DNA of 64,000 nucleotides, from positions 201,004,001-201,068,000 of the forward strand of contig OZ024743.1 in the NCBI GenBank assembly GCA_964016885.1. The letters run 5' to 3'. Each line of letters opens with the position of its first letter. The stretch's first letter is position 1. Source of the DNA: Eledone cirrhosa (lineage: Eukaryota). This document shows, piece by piece, positions 36,350-49,225 of the stretch. The position numbers and the translations under genes were made by a program. The notes under the pieces are model-generated. The model was not told the DNA's origin. It made no database searches and worked only from the letters and a program-made list of their open reading frames with translations.

Positions 36350-37629
36350 TATGTTTCTTTTATTTGCCACCAGGGCATCAAAAGTGGGACAAGTACAATG
36401 GGGGGAGTTTACAAAACAAGGCGTCCTCAATAAGGAGGAGGCAATAACAATATATAAAAATAAAATAAAATATAACAAAAAATAAAATTTATAACAAAGT
36501 CCTCAATAAAGAGGAGGCGCCTTGGGGGGTCGCACACCCCCCCCCGAAAAAAGTGTGAAACCCTTTTCCTCGGGAGCACAGAGAAGGGGTGCTCCCTTGT
36601 TCTTTCATCTTCCTCACCTATAGTCTGATGTAGAGTGAAGGCCCATTCACACGGGCCATTCTCGCCACTTTCACCCATCTTTCATAAAAACGGCTGGGGT
36701 GCAGCACCTCTCTCTCCATCCTGATCCTTCTTCCGAAATGATATCGGAAGAAACAGACCAGTTGTTGGCCAGAGAGAAAGGTGTCTGACCTCAGTCCTTT
36801 CAGACGCGTCCACCATACAAGCTCTTTCGCCATGGCTATTACGCACAGAAACACCGCCTCTTCTTCGTTTTTGAAGAGGGGAGGTGACTTGATCGTTACA
36901 ATAGACTCGGTGGTCAACCGGATCAGTCCCACCCTTGACAGCAGTTGTTTGACATAGCCCCACAGATCGGCAATGCCCGAGCAGTGTACCAATGCGTGTG
37001 CAATGGTTTCCTCGTCGCACACGCATCTGGGACAGATCTTTTTCGAGGGGTCCCTACCCGGGCGCCCGTGTCTGTAGAGCCTTTCTCGAATGGGCAGAGC
37101 CCTTCTGTAGCATTGCCAGGCCAGGGACCTCTGGAAGTTATCCATGGGTCCCGGGCTGAATGTCCTACCGAACAGGTTGGCCAGTTCGTCTTCCTCCATG
37201 CCTAGGGCTTCTCCGAGGGCGTCGTCGCACCTGCTAACCACCAGCCTTCTATAGAATGACGAGGTGGATTCTCCACTGACAGCCGGGTCCGCCTGCCAGA
37301 GAGCCGTGAGCGCCTGGACACACTCGGTGTGCCAGGCGCCCAGTTTTCTCGGTCTTTGCTTGACCCAGGATTGCAGCTCGGTGAGTGAGACGAGTCTGAG
37401 AAAGGCTCGCCTCACAAACGGGGCCCACACCGGTTGACCGGAGAGGAATACCTGAAGGATGCTATATAAGTGTTCGCCACCTCCGCCCGACCTTTTAGGG
37501 ATAGTTTGCACTCGGCCCACTTCTGGGTTAGTGCAAACACCCTGTTCGTTACCTCACGCCAGTTCTTCTCCACCTGGAGGTCTGGTCCGAACCAGACCCC
37601 GAGCAACTTCACCGGGCCCTCCGTCCAGC

Positions 37630-37630
<1 letters not shown>
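36350..37630 (-). mobile_element. L1/Tx1-like LINE 3' fragment (ORF2 C-terminus with CCHC zf-RVT)
   Basis: KLLGVWFG..W....LSLKGRAEVANTYIAS; CPRCVCDEETIAHALVHC; (ATCT)n on both ends. Confidence 0.88.
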
Positions 37631-37669
<39 letters not shown>

Positions 37670-37699
37670 TAGTGGTACTGAGTAATAGACTGAAAACAA

Positions 37700-38960
37700 G
37701 ATTTCTTTATTTGCCACAAGGGTGCACAAGAAATAGAACATTACCAGACGTGGTGGCGGGGGTTTTACATAAAAATTGTATAAACTTTAACATAAATAAA
37801 TTACAATAAACCGTATATTAAAATTAAATAACAATCAAAATCCCCAATAGGGGGAACGTTACACCCCTTACATACAACAACCCTCAACACCAGGAGCATG
37901 TTTTGTAGGTGATCCCATCTTCCCTCTTTTGTCTTCCTCAACCGACAGGTTTATATACAGAGAAGGCCCATTCACTCGGGCCATTTTCGCCACATTCACC
38001 CACCTTTCAGCGAATTTACGGGGTGCAGATAGATAAATTTCTTTATTAGCCACAAGGGCACGAAAGAAGGTGACAAATACAAATGGGGAGTTTACATGCA
38101 GGTATATGAAAATAAAACTATTAATAAACTAACAAATAACAATTGAAATCCCCAATAGGGGGGAGGCGTTACACAGGGGTTGTACACATCCCGAAAAAAT
38201 GTACAACCCTCATCTCCAGGAGCACCAAGAGTGAGTACTCCCTTCCTCTCTTCAACTTTTTCCTCAACCTACAGGCTTATATAGAGAGAAGGCCCAACCA
38301 CTCGGGCCATCTTTGCCACATTCACACACCTTTTATAAAATTTGCTGGGGTACAGCACCTCTCTCTCCATTCTGATTCTTCTTCCAAAATGATATTTGAA
38401 AATACGAACCAGTTGCTCGCTGGAGAGAAAGGTGTCTGACCTCAGCCCTTTAAACCTCGTCCACAATATAACCTCTTTCACCATAGCCATAGCACATAGG
38501 AAAACCGCCTCTCCCTCGTTTTTGAAGGAGGGTGGTGGCTTGATCATGACAATGGACTCGGTGGTCAACTGGATTGGTCCCACCCACGACAATATTCGTT
38601 CTACATAGCCCCACAGGTCGGTAACGCCCGGGCAGTGTACAAATGCGTGCGCCACGGTTTCCTTGTCGTGCACGCATCGCGGACAGATCTTCGTATGGTC
38701 CCTACTCGGCCGCCTGTGTCTGTAGAGCTTGTTTCGAACTGGTAGAGCGCCTCAGTAGCACTGCCAGGCCAGGGACTATTGGTTGTTGTCCATTGGTCCC
38801 GGGCGGAAGGTCCTATCGAACAAACTGGCCAGTTCGTCCTCCTCTATGCCTAGAGTTTCTCCGAGCGCATCGTCGCACTTGCTGCGGACCAACCCTCTAT
38901 AGAATGTCGAAGTGGAGTCTTCACTGATCGCCGGGTCCGTTTGCCGGGGTGCAGATAGAT
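37700..38960 (-). mobile_element. Two further head-to-tail L1/Tx1-like 3' fragments
   Basis: 37700-38030 and 38035-38955 are homologous to the previous copy, each ending AATAAA + (atct)n. Confidence 0.85.
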
Positions 38961-39744
38961 AGAGAGACAAACATGCAGAGAAGCAGATAGAAAGATAGAT
39001 GGATAGAGGAATAGATAGGGAGACCAGCAAGATGAAGTGTGAGTATGTGTGTATTTATAAAGATAAGCTATATCTGATAGTAAGCAATGTAGAGGAATTA
39101 TACGCACATAAACTCACATAAAAGATATGCACATACATACACACATATATTTAGATCTTTATATCTTTTCTGAAATCTGACTTGTCTGTGTGTGTGTGTG
39201 TGTTTGTGTGCGTGTGTGTGTGTAATATACATGCATGGAAGACTGTGTGAGTTTTTGTTTGTATGCCTAAGTATATTTGCATGTGTATGTCTTTATAAGC
39301 TTACATGAGGTTATATGTCTGTATATGTATTGTATACACACACACACACATACACACACATATTTATGTTTATATATTCATTATGTATTTCTGCATTTAT
39401 ATTTCACACTCACACACACACACACATGTATATATATATCTGTTTATGTGTGTGTGAGTGTGTATGAATTATTGAGAATATGTGTGTGTTTCTTAATGAA
39501 TGAAAACAAATTTGAATATGGGAGTGCCTAAATATGAATGAGTGTGAATATGCATACATAAATACATTCTTACAGACACACATTCACGCATACATAAATA
39601 AGTATATATTATAATATATATATATATATACACACACAAAATTACATACAACCTGAAGCATGACAGTAAATTGGCGGGATATATGTCGAAACCCAATCAG
39701 TATGTGTATACACAAATATGTATACATACATACAAACATACATA

Positions 39745-39776
<32 letters not shown>

Positions 39777-39794
39777 CATATATATATATGTATA

Positions 39795-39825
<31 letters not shown>

Positions 39826-39838
39826 GTCTGTGTGTGTG

Positions 39839-39946
<108 letters not shown>

Positions 39947-40298
39947 GAACAGTGTGTATCACACAGTCAAAAAGCTGCTAGGCATAAGGTATATAAGAAC
40001 CCAGATTTGATGGTTCTAACAGATGGTATTGGTATTGCTTGTCTTGGAGTCTGAATATTTTTGTGGGGGTGTGAAATATGAGTGTATGGGGGTGGGGTGG
40101 CAGTGGGTGTCTATATATGTGTGAGAGTGTGTAAGAGGGAGTGTTTAATATAAATACAGTAATGCTTCATGGTATAATATGGTATTATATTGGTTACAGT
40201 ATTTCACTTGGTTAATCTTATTATTTAAACGTGATACTGTAAAATCTGTGGAATTCTGTATTGGCAAATAGCAATAAGTGTGTGTATATATGCATGTG

Positions 40299-40329
<31 letters not shown>

Positions 40330-40689
40330 CATAAATTATGTCCATAGAGTCATTTGATAAAATATATACACTATTTCCTCTCCCAATTAGCATAATTAAC
40401 CACATAAAAAATCAATTAGACCAGGCTATAAGAATAAAGGCTCCTATGAAGAAATATTTGATAAATAAACAAAGCGGCCTATATATATATATAGTTCAAG
40501 GAAACAACAAAACAGAGATATCAAAAAACCTTATTAGTTTCACGCTTTATATGGAGAAGGGGAAAGAAAGTTTAATGTGTTGGGCTTTAGCCCTTCTTCG
40601 TGGGTACATAAAGCAGAGACAGTATCACAAAGGATAAATAAGGATAAACATAGAAAATAAAAGGAACTCAGTAGTGAAAAAAACCCCCG

Positions 40690-40791
40690 AAAATAATGAG
40701 AGTGAACAGGACAAACCGTTAAGTAATCTTGATATATATATATATATATCAAGATTACTTAACGGTTTGTCTTGTTCACTTTCATTATTTT
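40690..40791. repeat. Hairpin with (TA)n apex abutting the 5' end of an RTE copy
   Basis: aaataatgagagtgaacaggacaaaccgttaagtaatcttga / tcaagattacttaacggtttgtcttgttcactttcattattt. Confidence 0.85.
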
Positions 40792-40796
40792 TGTTT

Positions 40797-42315
40797 GGGG
40801 TCATACCAAAGGACTGGCATAGCAGCATCATCATTAACTGCTATAAGGGTAAAGGAGATGCCCTAGATAGGGGAAACTATAGAGGCATTAAATTAATTGA
40901 CCAGGTCATGAAGGTCACAGAAAAAGTTATGGCGCAACTAATCAGAGAGAGCGAATTGAGCTAGATGAAATGCAGTTCGGGTTTGTGTCAGGTAAAAGTA
41001 CCATAGACACTCTTTTCCTTGTACAACAACTACAGGAGAAGTACCTAGCTAAAAGTAAACCCCTATACTTAGCTTTTGTTGACTTGGAAAAAGCCTTTGA
41101 CAGAGTCCCACGCCCCATTATCTGGTGGGCCCTTAGAAAACTAGGTGTTGATGAATGGCTTGTGAGAGCTATACAAGCCATGTATAAAGAAACAGTCAGC
41201 AAAGTTAGAATTAACAACGAATATAGTGAAGAGTTTAGCGTAAAAGTTGGTGTTCATCAGGGCTCTGTCCTTAGCCCCATCCTATTTATTATTGCCCTTC
41301 AGGCTATAACAGAGGAGTTCAAGACCGACTGCCCATGGGAACTCCTATACGCTGATGATCTAATGCTTATAGTTGAATCAATGGCTGAACTAGAGAAGAA
41401 ATTCCAAACATGGAAGCATGGCCTAGAATCAAAAGGCCTTAAAATTAACCTGTCTAAGACTAAAGTTCTAGTATGTAGGAAGGAAAATAGGGCACTGGTC
41501 CCATCTGGGAAATGGCCATGCTCACTGTATAGGAAAGGAGTAGGCAGAAACTCCATTTTATGTCCCAAATGCAAAGTATGGGTGCATAAAAGATGTAGTG
41601 GGATCACAGGTAAGCTAACTAAGAATATAGATTTTATATGTGGCCGGTACTCTGGTGAATACTAGCCCATTCCATTGCACAGATGGTTCTATAGAAATAG
41701 TGGACACCTTCCGTTACCTGGGTGACACAATCAGCAGTGGTGGAGAGTTCTCTGAAAGTACAGTAGCTAGAGTCAGAACGGGATGGAAAAAGTTCAGAGA
41801 GCTTATACCACTATTGGCCGCTAAAGGGTTCTCTCTAAAACTGAAAAGCAGACTGTATGATGCCTGCATACGAACAGCAATGTTATATTTTTAGTGAGAC
41901 ATGGGCATTGTGTGCAGAGGATATACGCAGACTGGAGAGGAACGAAGCTTGCATGCTCCGCTGGATGTGTAATAGTAATATATGTGAACGGCAAAGCATA
42001 AACGAACTAAGGGAGAAATTAGGAATAAGAGGGATCAGATGCTGTTTACTTGAGAGAAGACTACGTTGGTATGGTCACGTGATGCGCATGAAAGACGACA
42101 GCTCTATAAAAAAGTGCTGGGCGATCAAAATAGACGGTAGCTACGGAGTAGGAAGACCCAGAAAAACCTGAGACGATTTGATAAATTCCGACCTTACACA
42201 CTTACACCTCTCCAAGACAATGTCACTGGACTGAGATCTTTGGCGCTATGCAGTAATACAGAAGACCCACCTTGTCTAAGTACGAAGCGAAACCTACAGT
42301 CAGTAGGCACCTCTT
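40797..42315 (+). mobile_element. RTE-clade LINE, RT domain onward, degenerate
   Basis: KGKGD..NYRGIKL, QFGF, FVDLEKAFD, GVHQGSVLSP, LYADD, internal PHD-like Cys cluster, RRLRWYGH; stops and frameshifts. Confidence 0.95.
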
Positions 42316-42621
42316 AACGGGTGACCATGTCTCGCTCATATAGGATTATCTGAAAGGTTTTCTACGGCTGGATGCCCTTCCTAACACCAACCACGTTTAT
42401 ATATATATAATATATGCAGAAGTGTGAGTATAAACAACTGAAAAGTGCAATAAATAAAATGTAGAATTTAACATATTAACAGTTTGACTTATCTGTGCAT
42501 TACCATTGGTTTCTCAGACATAAATAGATATTTCTCACTCCTCATAATAACACCTATTGCCTTACACATATGAGACTTAGTTGCATATTAAGTTGTGCAC
42601 TAAGCTTCTGAAGTGATTTCA

Positions 42622-42955
42622 TCATTTCATTTTACGTCCGTTTTTTCCCTGCTTGCAAGGGTGGAACGGGAACTGATTCTGGCTTGATTTCTACAGCTGG
42701 ATGCCCTTCCTAACACCAACCTCATTTACAGTGAGTGCTGGGGGCTTTTTAGCCTTGGCACCTGCACGACCACTTTGCAGTGGAATGATACGGACCCCAG
42801 TCCCTATCATCTCATTTCTACAGCTGAGTAAACTGGAGCAATGTGAAATAAAGTGTCTTGCTCAAGGAAACAACACATCACCTGGTCTGAGAATTGAACT
42901 CACAACCTTACGATTGCAAGGCCAATGCTGTAACCACTAAGCCATGTGCCTCCTT
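42622..42955 (-). mobile_element. S1 SINE
   Basis: Reverse complement homolog of 12537-12985. Confidence 0.85.
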
Positions 42956-43329
42956 GAAGTATACAATAAATTTATGTCTCTATATACACAGTGTCGATGT
43001 AACCTAGACTCTGTAAATGTATATATCAAATTACATATTGAATATATAGACATGTCAACATGCCAAATATATATATTTTTAATTGATTTTTGAGCCTAGT
43101 AGGATTCTCATTAGAAGCTATATTTACCATATAAACAACCACAAGGAAATATGTAACAAAGAGGCTTGTATATATTATTACTTATAATAGTATTTTGAAA
43201 TGGATATATTAATTTGCATATTATTAGTGCTCATGTTGTTGTTAATTTTGATATACATATTAAGTTGTGCATTAAGTAGTTGTAGTATACAATAAATTTA
43301 TATTTGTATATCATCATCATTATCATGCC

Positions 43330-43780
43330 AACCATTACTTCTGGTCATAAATCTTGGAGAATGACCAAAAGAATAAGATCGGGTTCTTCCAAAGGGTCTT
43401 TGGAGTACATTGCTCAGAGATCAGAAAGTCATTCCAGGTAGAGCTGCTACTTCTTTGTATTGGCAGATCACAACTCTGATGCTATGGGCATGTGGTTAGA
43501 ATGTCGCAGGAAAGAATCGCTGGACAGATTTTACAGGCAAAAACAACCAACAGGAGACCCAAGGGTAGATCACAAGCAGGATGGTTGGATAACATCCATG
43601 AGCTTGGTTGGTCTTGCTTGGGGATCTAGCTGGATCAGTTGGCGACGGTTGCTTCTGACATGACCCGCTGGAAGGATGGTTTGAGGACACTGCCCTCACA
43701 ACTCTCAGGAATAAGTGAGAGAAGAAGAAGAAGAAGAAGAAGAAGAAGAAGAAGAAGAAGAAGAAGAAGAAGAAGAAGAA
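43330..43780 (+). mobile_element. Decayed RTE-like 3' fragment with (GAA)n tail
   Basis: Degenerate RPKGRSQAGWLDNIHELGWSCLGI segment followed by a long (GAA)n run. Confidence 0.55.
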
Positions 43781-44429
43781 AGAATGAAGCATCTTACTCT
43801 ACAACACAATATGCCATCGAGTCCAGGGAATCAAAGCCACAACCATAAGGTCCTGCGCCTAACACTCCAACCACTAGGCCACCACATAACTTCACAAACA
43901 TAAAGAGACATAAATAAATATGACAAAGCTGTGAATCCAGTAATCTATATTTACTACCATACAACGCCCTTTTATCTTTCTTTATTAACACCAATCTAGA
44001 AATTCTTTTACTTATGTTTTCATCTTTTTTATAACAATTTTTTTACCAGAAAATTATTTCGAAAACATTGACTTGTGTAATTTGAAAGATATCTATTTTA
44101 TTTTTGAAGTTATATCAATAATGTTGATTTTGTTTTGAAAATAGTTTTTCTTTTTGTCTTTATCAACATTATTAAAGAATAATATTATGTTGTTTTTCTT
44201 AGTACCTATCAGAATTATTAACATCTAAATGTTGTGTTGTCTTAAGGAGGAGCTATCATCTAGATCACCATTTTGGAAATATCACAGGGTGGATTCAGTC
44301 AACAGTGAAGCAGTTAACGCCTATTTTCAGCTCTATTTTCATTTTCGAATCATGACAAAATCCTGGAAATTTTTTGAAAGTACATACATGCATACACACA
44401 TATATATATATACATACATACATACATAT

Positions 44430-45036
44430 GATGGCTGCCAACTCGTTTTCGAGTACGGCCACTACTTTATATCCATGTAGGAGAACCCCTACCGATGCGC
44501 TGAACGAGTGTGACTTCTTAGTCCAGCCAACGACTTGAAAACTCTGGTACAAACACTACACTTGTGACAATTACTGACACATAGTGCTGGGCCCATGGTA
44601 CCATGTGACGACAAGTGCAGAGAGATCTCCAGATATAAAGCAATGCCTGTGCCGTGAAGCTTTTATAGTGAGCAAAGGCACTGCACAAAGCCAGTCCCAC
44701 TCTCTTAACCAAGATGATATTTACCAAAAAGAAGAACAAGTCAACATCATTGGATACCATCAGGGTTGCAGGTGTTATATCAGAGTTTTCCTTCTCCTAG
44801 AACTCTGCCTTGAAAAAAGCTAAGGGGTCATCTCTCCTGGTGATTTTGGATGGGCATTGACACTTAAAGAGCTCCTTTGCCCTTTGACAGGTTTGTTTTT
44901 ATTCCTGCAGGATATCCAAAGTCACCCTCCTCACCAAGAAACCTTGGTGGGGTTGCCAGTTTAGTCGCCAACGACCCGACCATGGGGCAGGTTGTACTGG
45001 GATACATGTTACCAGTAGCACCAACTGGTGACCTGA
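44430..45036 (-). mobile_element. Probable non-autonomous LINE derivative in (ATGT/ACAT)n
   Basis: GC-richer 600-bp island bounded by catacata repeats; hairpin-rich 5' end; no ORF. Confidence 0.45.
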
Positions 45037-45654
45037 CATACATACATATATATGTATACATACATACATGCATCCATACATACATATATACATACTGCAT
45101 ATACATACTGCATATACACATGTACAGATACAAAGCATATGCACTTGCACACATACAACTCAAAACATACACATCCCCACATACAATAACATCCATACCT
45201 GCACACAGATGCATGCATGTAGACATGCATACATATCTACCTAGTTGGTGTTGTGTAAATTCCAACGAGAGAGTTTTGTATCTATGTTAGAAACCGACCC
45301 TCTCTCCCTCTATTGGCAAAAACAAATGTTTCAGTGCATTGTCTATAATGTGCTGAAACATCTGTGACCTGTAGTAGGCAACTGATAAAGGGAAAATGTC
45401 TATCTCTTCCTCATGTTCCCTTAACTTTCTAACACTCGTTATTAGTAACCATGCAGCCTCGTCCCTCTCTAGCCATATTTATATATATATATATATATAT
45501 ATTCATCATCATCATCGTTTAACATTCATTTTCCAAGCTAGCATGGGTTAAACGGTTTGGTCCATTCTGAAACAGGTCAGATCAAATGACTCTGTCTTGT
45601 TCCACAGAACCGTTTTTGACTTGGTTTCTACAGCTGGACGCCATTCCTAATGAC

Positions 45655-46900
45655 AACGACTTTACAGTGTGAACTGCGTGCTTTTTGTCATGACACCAAC
45701 ACGACCACTTTACAGAATGGACTGGGTGCTTTTTGTCGTGTCACCAACATGACCACTCTACAGTGTGGACTGCGTGCTTTTTGTTGTGACACCAACCCAA
45801 CCACTTTACAGTGTGGACTGGGTGCTTTTTGTCATGGCACCAACATTACTACTTTACAGTGTGCACTGGGTGCTTTTTGTGATGGCACCAGCATGACTAT
45901 TTTACAGTGTGGACTGTGTGCTTTTTGTCATGGCACCAACATGACTACTTTACAGTGTGCACTGGGTGCTTTTTGTCATGGCACCAACATTACTACTTTA
46001 CAGTGTGGACTGGGGGCTTTTGGTCATGGCACCAACATTACTACTTTACAGTGTGGACTGGGTGCTTTTTGTCATGGCACCAACATGACCACTCTACAGT
46101 GTGGACTGCGTGCTTTTTGTTGTGACACCAACCCGACCACTTTACAGTGTAGACTGGGTGCTTTTTGTCATAGTACCAACATGACTACTTTACAGTGTGG
46201 ACTGGGTGCTTTTTGTCATGGCATCAACATGACTATTTTACAGTGTGGACTGGGTGCTTTTTGTCATGGCACCAACATGACTACTTTACAGTGTGCACTG
46301 GGTGCTTTTTGTCATGGCACCAACATGACTACTTTACAGTGTGGACTGGGTGCTTTTGGTCATGGCACCAACATGACTACTTTACAGTGTGCACTGGGTG
46401 CTTTTTGTCATGGCACCAACATGACCACTCTACAGTGTGGACTGCGTGCTTTTTGTTGTGACACCAACCCGACCACTTTACAGTGTAGACTGGGTGCTTT
46501 TTGTCATAGTACCAACATGACTACTTTACAGTGTGGACTGGGTGCTTTTTGTCATGGCATCAACATGACTACTTTACAGTGTGGACTGGGTACTTTTTGT
46601 CATGGTACCGACATGACCACTTTACAGTGTGGACTAGGTGCTTTTTGTCATGGTACCAACACGACCACTTTATAATGTGGACTAGGTGCTTTTTGTCATG
46701 GTACCAACATGACCACTTTATAGTGTGGACTGGGCGCTTTTTATCGTGACACCAATACGACCACTTTATAGTGTGGACTGGGTGCTTTTTATCGTGACAC
46801 CAATACGACCACTTTATAGTGTGGACTGGGTGCTTTTTATCGTGACACCAATACGACCACTTTATAGTGTGGACTGGGTGTTTTTTGTTGTGGTACCAAC
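45655..46900. repeat. 48-bp minisatellite (~26 units) grown from the RTE/SINE 3'UTR motif
   Basis: Unit accaacatgactactttacagtgtggactgggtgctttttgtcatggc, preceded by RTE tail sequence at 45505-45655. Confidence 0.95.
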
Positions 46901-47003
46901 ATGACCAGTGTGGTGTGGGCTGGGTATTTTTGTCATGGCTCTATACCACTATACATATATAGACAGATACATATACCCCGCCCCCCTCTCTCTATATATA
47001 TCC

Positions 47004-47034
<31 letters not shown>

Positions 47035-47076
47035 CAATATATTAATAAATGGAAACTATATTTATAAAACCATAAT

Positions 47077-47142
47077 TATTATATTATATATATTTCAAGG
47101 GCAACCAAGGCAAATTATGGTACACTTTCATCAGATAAAATA
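47077..47142 (-). ncRNA. Type I hammerhead ribozyme (family E)
   Basis: TATTTTAT CTGATGA AAGTGTACCA..TGGTTGCCCTT GAAA TATATA TA|ATATAATA; the sister copy at 47973 has ATAAAATA, a perfect stem I partner. Confidence 0.7.
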
Positions 47143-47237
47143 CAGATTTGTTTTATAAATAAATATTGACATACCCGGAAGAAAGACAACCTTAACGGTT
47201 GAAGTTCCCTTGATAGTGGAGATAATATTTTATAACC

Positions 47238-47275
<38 letters not shown>

Positions 47276-47596
47276 CAAAATGTTGAAGCTGCTTGTGTTC
47301 TGATGAGATGTATGTGTATATTTGTGAAGAGTGATATGATATCAAAGCTAGTGATATGATATCACTGAATTTGACACAATATCCTGGTTTATTTGGTATT
47401 ATATTCACAACTATTCCATTATCTCTAGATGTACAAAACTAAATTCATTAGTGCATACACACACATGCACACACACAGAGACACACATAGACACACACAA
47501 GTATAATAACTATATGTCCAACTATATGATGAGGATGATGGTGTGAGTGAATTTGTGTACTTATGTATGTATACGTCTATGCATAATCTCTCTCTT

Positions 47597-47628
<32 letters not shown>

Positions 47629-47828
47629 CTAGTAGAAGAGTGGTGGGTTATATCCGTAGTAGTAGAGAACTCAGTCCATGGGACGAGTTTGGTAACAGTA
47701 GTTCCACAACAGTTAGTTCACCCTACCTAGATCAAATGTTTCACCGTATATATATATATTTATATATATATATATATATATATACACGTATATATATATG
47801 TGTGTGTGTGTAATGTTTAATATAGAAA

Positions 47829-47882
47829 TGACTTCTACATGGCTAGAACTGTTTCATTCAAAAGAAATCATCAGGAATGCCA
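47829..47882 (-). ncRNA. Type I hammerhead ribozyme (family F)
   Basis: TGGCATTC CTGATGA TTTC tttt GAAT GAA ACA gttctagcca TGT A|GAAGTCA; GUA site; related 3' half at about 4885-4930 (+). Confidence 0.65.
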
Positions 47883-47884
47883 AC

Positions 47885-47928
<44 letters not shown>

Positions 47929-47929
<1 letters not shown>

Positions 47930-48170
47930 CAAGATATTAAATAAATGGAAACTATATTTATAAAACCATATTTATTTTATTATATATATTTCAAGGCAAC
48001 CAAGACTACCATGGTGCATTTTCATCAGGTACCCTTGGTTGCCCTTGAAATATATATAATAAAAGGAATATGATTTTATAAATATAGTTTCCATTTATTT
48101 AATATCTTGGAATATTTACTCCACTAAACAGTTGAGTGCTCTAAATCAGTTATAAGCATTTATGTTTGTC
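47929..48170. mobile_element. Family-E fold-back with apex inside the hammerhead
   Basis: Arms 47929-48004 / 48034-48110; the left copy ends 2 nt beyond CTGATGA (48022-48028). Confidence 0.8.
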
Positions 48171-48201
48171 AGAATTCCAACAAATTAAATACAAATTCTA
48201 C

Positions 48202-48316
<115 letters not shown>

Positions 48317-48779
48317 TTCTCACAACACAAAATATGAACAGATTATTTTCAACTCCTAATTTTTGATTTTTAAATTCTAATTTTAATATCTAATATTTGA
48401 TAAGATGAATTACATTGAAACATGGACCTATCCTTGGTTATTCATTGCTGTTTACTTTGTGACTTCAAATCTGGCCTAAGCACAACAGTATTGAGTTGCC
48501 ACATAAACAATACTTTTGATGATTGGTGGGTGAAAAAGAGGCAAGAAATCCCAGTAGAAGGAAGCCACAATAGGAGAACCAATGGAAGATCTTGAGCAGA
48601 CATGGTGAGAGCTGATCTCAACTGCTAAAGCTTATAGAAGAGATGGTGAAGGAATATGACGAGGGAAGATATTCTGTGCTGAAAAGGACCTATCCAACCA
48701 ATGCAAGCCTGGAAAAGTGGATGTAAACATGATGACGCAGATGATGATGACAAGCTCATCACACATATTCAAACACATA

Positions 48780-48862
48780 CAGAGGGTGTCCTCCAAAAAT
48801 GTATATACACTTTGGTTAGAATGTCGTTGAATTATGTATATATCTTTTCGGGCACCCTGTGT
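48780..48862. mobile_element. Tc1/mariner-like mini-MITE
   Basis: Termini agggtgtcc..aaaaatgtatatac / gtatatatcttttcgggcaccct. Confidence 0.5.
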
Positions 48863-48874
48863 GTGTTTATATAC

Positions 48875-48950
<76 letters not shown>

Positions 48951-48955
<5 letters not shown>

Positions 48956-49154
48956 GATGAAATCGAAAATGCAACTGGAGTCTTATTTTTAAAAAAATAT
49001 ATATATTTATTTGGTTCCTTTACCGGTTTCGGTAAAGGAACCAAATTTTTAAAAAATAAGGCTCCAGTTGCATTTTCGATTTCATCTTTTTTTCTTTATA
49101 CTTTCACTCGTGTAGGACACATCGGTTATATTTCATTTTGTAAAAAAACCTCAC

Positions 49155-49160
<6 letters not shown>
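48951..49160. mobile_element. Fold-back hairpin in (TA)n with apex at a hammerhead 3' half
   Basis: Arms 48951-49025 / 49030-49091; minus strand reads cc GAAA CCGG TA AAGG across the apex. Confidence 0.75.
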
Positions 49161-49209
<49 letters not shown>

Positions 49210-49225
49210 AATATATATATATATA

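Noticed and set aside
38020-38957. Identical 'atctgcacccc' at the 5' junctions of two Tx1-like copies as a possible added cap sequence
   Set aside because: Both align to element-internal coding sequence (VLHP; ALWQAD region), so the match is likely coincidental.
42470-42525. Hammerhead relic TATGT CTGAGAA..CAAA CTGT TA ATATG (minus strand)
   Set aside because: Two essential core positions are altered and stem II is weak; cannot be distinguished from chance.
45655-46900. CRISPR-like array or metallothionein-like gene
   Set aside because: Contiguous tandem units with no unique spacers; eukaryotic context; the unit derives from a LINE 3'UTR and its length is a multiple of 3.
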